Assembly (NCBI GenBank): GCA_905178155.1
Contig: CAJINV010000008.1
Span: 1,922,001 to 1,986,000, forward strand
DNA: 64,000 nt
Reading direction: 5' to 3'
Source: Amoebophrya sp. A120
Lineage: Eukaryota; Protista; Dinoflagellata
Shown here: piece by piece, positions 59,527 through 64,000 of the stretch
Layout of the letters: every line of letters starts with the position of its first letter
Numbering within the stretch: position 1 is the stretch's first letter
Position numbers and translations under genes: made by a program
The notes under the pieces: model-generated
Databases searched by the model: none
Told to the model about the DNA's origin: nothing
The model's input: only the letters and a program-made list of their open reading frames with translations

Positions 59527-62500
59527 TCATCTTGATAGCAACGACGGTTCGCACAGCGAGCAGCCTTTCTTACTGGGTATCAAGATGGATTTCGGTTTCT
59601 TCTTCTTTCGTTTTGTCGAGCTTGCACTAGAAGTGTCCTTACTGGAGGTGGTGAGGCGTTTTGTGATTTCTCGCCGATAAACAGTTTCGCCGTGTATTTT
59701 TCCGCCCCATCTGAGTGACGCTGTTTCCTTAGTCTTTCTCACGCTTGTCTTGTGTGTAGCGGCGGACTTCGCTGTGGTCGCTGCCGGAGCGGCGGAACTG
59801 CTACTGCTGCTGGTACTGCTCTGCCCGCCGACAGCAGTCGCTGCGGAAGTAGAAGATACCGACGCAGGCACCTCATTGGTTGCAGTGGCGATGGAGTTTT
59901 TCGCCTCGCCCCTGGTTGCACTGGAGGATGATCCACTAGATGAAGATCCAGAAGGAACTAATGACGGACTGCTTCCTCCACCAGGCGTACCCGGCTCCGT
60001 CGCTTCGGCAGTGACATCCGTGACCTCCTCGCCGCTCGCGTAAAACTCCTCGTCTAGTTCGTCTTGTATCGCGAGGAAAAACGTCCCCACCACAAACTAG
60101 TTGTGCAGCGTATTCCCATGAATAGCCCAGCATCTCTCACGCGGGTCCGCCGAGGAGGCGGTTTCTACTGTTTGGAAGTCGGTCGCGCGCTAATCAGGAT
60201 GCGCGAATGGCTTTGTCATGCGTCTGGAGGACTACCTAAGCACGACTATACTGCGTAAGTAACCAAACTTGTCATGCGTGAGTCCCAAACGTTCTGGAAA
60301 TGTCTTGCAGGAATTCCCATGTTGACTAGCGGGTGGGGACGTTTTCACGCAGCATAGCCTGCACCGCGTCGTCGGCGTCGGAGCAGAGGCAGTTGCAGAT
60401 GTTACCCACGTCAATTGCCATTCTCTTTTCGCACTAAATTGGTCGATGCACAAATTCTGTTTGTGCTTCCCTCTACAATCACGTACAGCTGAGGCAATCG
60501 ACGTGCTGATACCAAGGACCGCTAGCTTATGGCAAAAGCTGAAGAATTTCGGTGATATTTTAAAGAATCATCTCCACCGATGATATTGAATCGCCCAGAA
60601 GTTGCTTGTCAAAAGTCCTACACGAACTAGGATGGAAGAACACCTCTCGAGCTGCTACAGCACTTCACTAAACTGGTTTCATCCCGAAAGGCACCGCAGA
60701 GGGGAGCAGCAGCAGCGAACAACGCACCTGCGCCTGCTCCGCGGGCAGACCGAAAGAACATGATGCGGTGTCCTGCTCTTGCAAAGAATTTTTACCCCCA
60801 GCAGTTGCTGCACTGGTGTCTGCACGCGGTGGTACAACTCCACCTCCTGTTGAAGCTCTTTTCTTTTTCACGGCAATGGGCGATATTCCGATGCCGCCAA
60901 CTGTGGGTGTTTTTACCGTGTTTGCGATCACTGAGCTGTTGTTCACATTGACGGCTGCGTCAACGCCATCGGGTGTGTATCCTGAGCAAAAACGTACCCA
61001 CACCAGAGTTGTAATGCAGATTTGCAAAGACAGGAAGACTTGTAATGCGTATCCCCATGAGAGCCATTTCCAATCGTGTTTTGGAATTTGTGATGCTGTG
61101 AACAGGATGAGCAGATGAATCTGTGACGCGGCTGCACTTGCTAACCTGCACTACACTGCAGAGCGCAACTTGTCATGCGTGACTCACAAAACTCCTAGGT
61201 TTGTGTTGCAAAGTCCCCATCTCAACTCTGGGGTGGGTACGTTTTTACTCAGGATAGTGTGGTGTTTGTGTTTTGTCCCCTTCCGCTGCTTCGCCAAGAT
61301 AGGTTTTTCCCCGCTAGTACCTCCGGAGTCGCTGCGGCATTCGTAGCATTCACGTTACTATTTGCAGCTAGGGTCGACGTCACATCCGCTGCTCCACCAC
61401 TCTGCCGACTGACAACGCTGACTCCGCCGCCAACTCGCGGCACGGAACTCCCCGCCTGCTCGCGGCGCGCGTGCAACACGGTCTTGATAAACTTGGAAAC
61501 GTGGTGCAAACACACGTGCTCCGGCATGTCATTGTGCCCGTGGTTGGGAATCCAAAGTGGCGGAAACTTCACCACGCTGGCCGCCTGGTTCTGCTGGCAC
61601 TCTTATCAAAGGCAACCACGTCTGGGGCTGGACATTGGTGATGCTCGAGTCTGTATGATCATCAAGACACTGACTTCCTACTGCAGCCACGCATGAAAAA
61701 ATTTTGGACGGATGCAGCCTCACACGCAGCGCGCATGACAAACCGCATTTTCATCGCATCGTGGCAAACGTAAAATTCACTTGCACGCTTTGTGTGTTCT
61801 TTTTCACCGATACACAACTACTTAACGGCTCATCCCGACCGAGACGCATTTGCGTTGCATAACTCCCGCACGCGCTTGTAGAGGTTCCGTCCGTTCGTGA
61901 TCGGAACAACTTCGTCTGCTTCGCCGTGCATGATACAAACCGGCGCCTGCGATTGCGGTCGTATGGCTTTAATCGTCGCACAGATAAGAGCAGGACTTCG
62001 CTTCGCGCTCTGTCGCAAAAACACAGCTGTTTCTTGTGCAGTCAACCTCTTCAACTCGAAGAACCCTAAAATCATCGTCATCAACATCATCTTAGTTGCT
62101 AGCATAGGCATAGGGGGGCTGCTCCTAGGGCTTTTGGAAACAATCAATTACTGTCTCACTCGATACCCTCACTCGTTCGATCTTCTCGATGTTCTTGAAA
62201 ATGTCCAGCCCACTGCCCACTGTCGCCACTACCGAGCCGAACACCGCCCGCGCCCCCGATTCGATCGGGCTCTGCAGAACCAAGCCTGCGCAACTGGGCA
62301 ACCTGCTCGCCAGGTCCGTGCTGGGCCCGGAGCCGATGGAGCGCCCGAACACGAAGATGCTCGACGGCTGAAACTATCAAATGCAAAAATGTCTGGGTCT
62401 GGAAGAATGCAACTTGTGATGCTGAATTTGGATTCCAGAAAAATCTGTATTGCATGAGCAGCAAAGGGAATGCAATTTTTGCTACGTGGAGAGGGCATCT

Positions 62501-63275
62501 GTCATGCGGAATAGGCATCGCGAAGCCCTCAAAAAATCTGTGATGGTAGGGCATGCATCACAGACATCACGGCCAATGCAAAACATGCGTGACAAGTCTC
62601 GCAATCTTCCAGACCCAGACATTTTTGCAATTCATAGAAACTGCAGCTTCTCAGTCAGGTACTTGTACGCGGCGTTTACCGATCGATAGCACCCCTGTTC
62701 GGTCGGCTCCCCGTCTGACAGCGAGTACCTTATCGATTCGTTTTCTTCCTTTCTGATTCTTCGATCGATCATCGGGAAAAAAGATCCGAACGTCTCCTGT
62801 GGGGAAGATGAACATAGTCGTACTGAGACGGCACAAGGCTGAGCGGAAGCCTCAAGCAAAGAAAAATATGAACTCGTATGCTGTTGCCGGACTTGCCATC
62901 TCATCGATTTTTGGCTAAGATGTTGAGCAAACACAACAACACGACTGCTCACAGGCGGTGGAACAACTATGCTCACACTTTGTACCCCTCATATTCGTAG
63001 GCAAAGACGGAACATTCGGTAATCTTCGTGAGCTCCTCCAGGTAGGGTATAGCCAGCCCCACGTCCTCGGCATTGCCGTGTGAGTAGAGGATCACAAAGT
63101 GCTCGCCGTCGTGCGCCCGGCGGGACCGCTCCTCGTTGTTCAGATACACCGCGAGGATGCGGTAATTTTTACTCGTTTTAAAGTACACCACCTGATCGCC
63201 GCGCTCTTCGAGAAAGGGCTGCGAATACCGCGGGTCCGGCGCCGGAAACGCCAGTTGATTCACTACGTTCCCCAT
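59527..63275 (-). CDS. ABHD17-like alpha/beta hydrolase with long Ser/Thr/Ala-rich C-terminal tail
   Basis: LAFPAP, ILYSHGNAED, YEYEGYSLSDGEPTE, nucleophile GRSIG, HGEADEVV, GHND. Three GT-AG introns (62729-62985, 61947-62166, 60434-60727) and four introners. The tail downstream of 60727 is less certain. Confidence 0.85.
60067..60356. mobile_element. Introner, AAAAACGT(A/C)CCCAC type, 290 bp
   Basis: TATCGCGAGGAAAAACGTCCCCACC...GGTGGGGACGTTTTCACGCAGCATA; flanks TCTTG/GCCTG; join reads DAVQ(D/A)ELDEEF. Confidence 0.85.
60978..61256. mobile_element. Introner, AAAAACGT(A/C)CCCAC type, 279 bp
   Basis: TATCCTGAGCAAAAACGTACCCACACCAGAGTTG...CAACTCTGGGGTGGGTACGTTTTTACTCAGGATA; direct repeat GTGTG; join reads NTNTTPDGVD. 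Confidence 0.95.
61604..61861. mobile_element. Introner (degenerate GTCTGGG family), 258 bp
   Basis: TATCAAAGGCAACCACGTCTGGGGCTGGA...TCCCGACCGAGACGCATTTGCGTTGCATA; flanks ACTCT/ACTCC; join reads RVRECQQNQAA. Confidence 0.85.
62375..62636. mobile_element. Introner, GTCTGGGTCTGGAA family, 262 bp
   Basis: TATCAAATGCAAAAATGTCTGGGTCTGGAA...TTCCAGACCCAGACATTTTTGCAATTCATA; direct repeat GAAAC; join reads KLQFQPSSIFVFGRS. Confidence 0.95.
62729..62985 (-). other. Canonical GT-AG intron, 257 nt, flanked by a 5-bp direct repeat
   Basis: GG|GTAC…AAG|GTAC joins YEG-YSLSD; GTACC at 62725-62729 and 62982-62986. Confidence 0.8.
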
Positions 63276-64000
63276 AATCGCTGCTCCCGCGGTGAGCCTG
63301 CTCAGGAAGCAACTACGAACGGGACACCAACCACCTCAAGCAGGCGTGGAGACCCACGTCTTTTTGCGATCGGTTTGCGGGATAGCGATCCTTGACTTGC
63401 GGCAGAAATAAAAGTTCCATCTTCAACATCTTGTTATTTTGAAATAGAGTACGAACAAAGCTAACGCGGAAAAAAAAGCGAATGGATGTGAGATCGACAG
63501 GAGGATTTACTTCCTTATTTTCCAATCCGGATACTCTTCTAGCCTAATTGACAAACAACGAAACTTCTGAAGCAAGTGGCAAATGGCTACAACGCGGCAA
63601 GGTCACTGCACGAGCCAGGAGAAATTTTCACGAAACAGGAGCGGGTGCAACGCGTACATGTCAGGAACAGCTTACATCTTGATCAGCGCGCTTCTGTCGG
63701 GTTGTCAACACAAGAAGGCTGACTGAAAAATTACTGCTTTGATTTTCGCATGTACATTTTGGACACAGATGGCCTTTGTTTCACAGCAAGGGGCGTTGCT
63801 TTGCAAAATCCGTTCCTCGGAATCGAGACCAGTACGAGTGTGCGATAAATCAGAACTCGCCACTGGTCTCGAACTCGGCAGGTACGTTACTATAAACTCA
63901 TCGACCGTGTTAAAGATGATGAATCGTCGAGTCGCAACTTGGTTGCCGATCAGTGCTCGTCTCGTCGTGAAAAGGTCTACGCAGGCTTTTTCTATGCCCC

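Noticed and set aside
60419-60436. Stop-codon readthrough, or a separate gene starting 12 bp after a TAG
   Set aside because: The in-frame TAG is better read as a TTTAG acceptor for the GT donor at 60727.
63581-63590. Dinoflagellate spliced-leader relic (AAATGGCTAC)
   Set aside because: Only a 10-nt match to the reverse complement of the 22-nt leader; compatible with chance.
1-64000. tRNA, rRNA or snRNA genes
   Set aside because: None recognised by eye; a tRNAscan-SE or Infernal search would be needed to exclude them.

Overview
Eukaryotic, gene-dense DNA in which every credible gene lies on the minus strand. The architecture matches published descriptions of the parasitic dinoflagellate Amoebophrya (inference, no database check). 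The fragmented ORF track is explained by 21 MITE-like elements (133-1125 bp, almost all TAT...ATA termini, terminal inverted repeats, ~5-bp direct repeats) sitting inside coding sequence. Removing each element plus one direct-repeat copy restores the reading frame, so they behave as non-GT-AG introns ('introners'). Rebuilt genes: a GT25 glycosyltransferase (runs off the left edge), a ~1770-aa low-complexity protein, a ~2600-aa membrane nucleotidyl-cyclase-like protein with lost catalytic residues, a 3xKH RNA-binding protein, a ~6990-aa DUF3638/DUF3645-type giant, a two-domain cNMP-binding protein and an ABHD17-like hydrolase. The most unusual locus is 6100-9796, where four overlapping copies of one exon segment are separated by 0.86-1.6 kb degenerate foldback spacers in a pattern that simple target-site duplication cannot produce. 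The window also shows apparent intermediates between introners and canonical introns. All coordinates and joins were worked out by hand.
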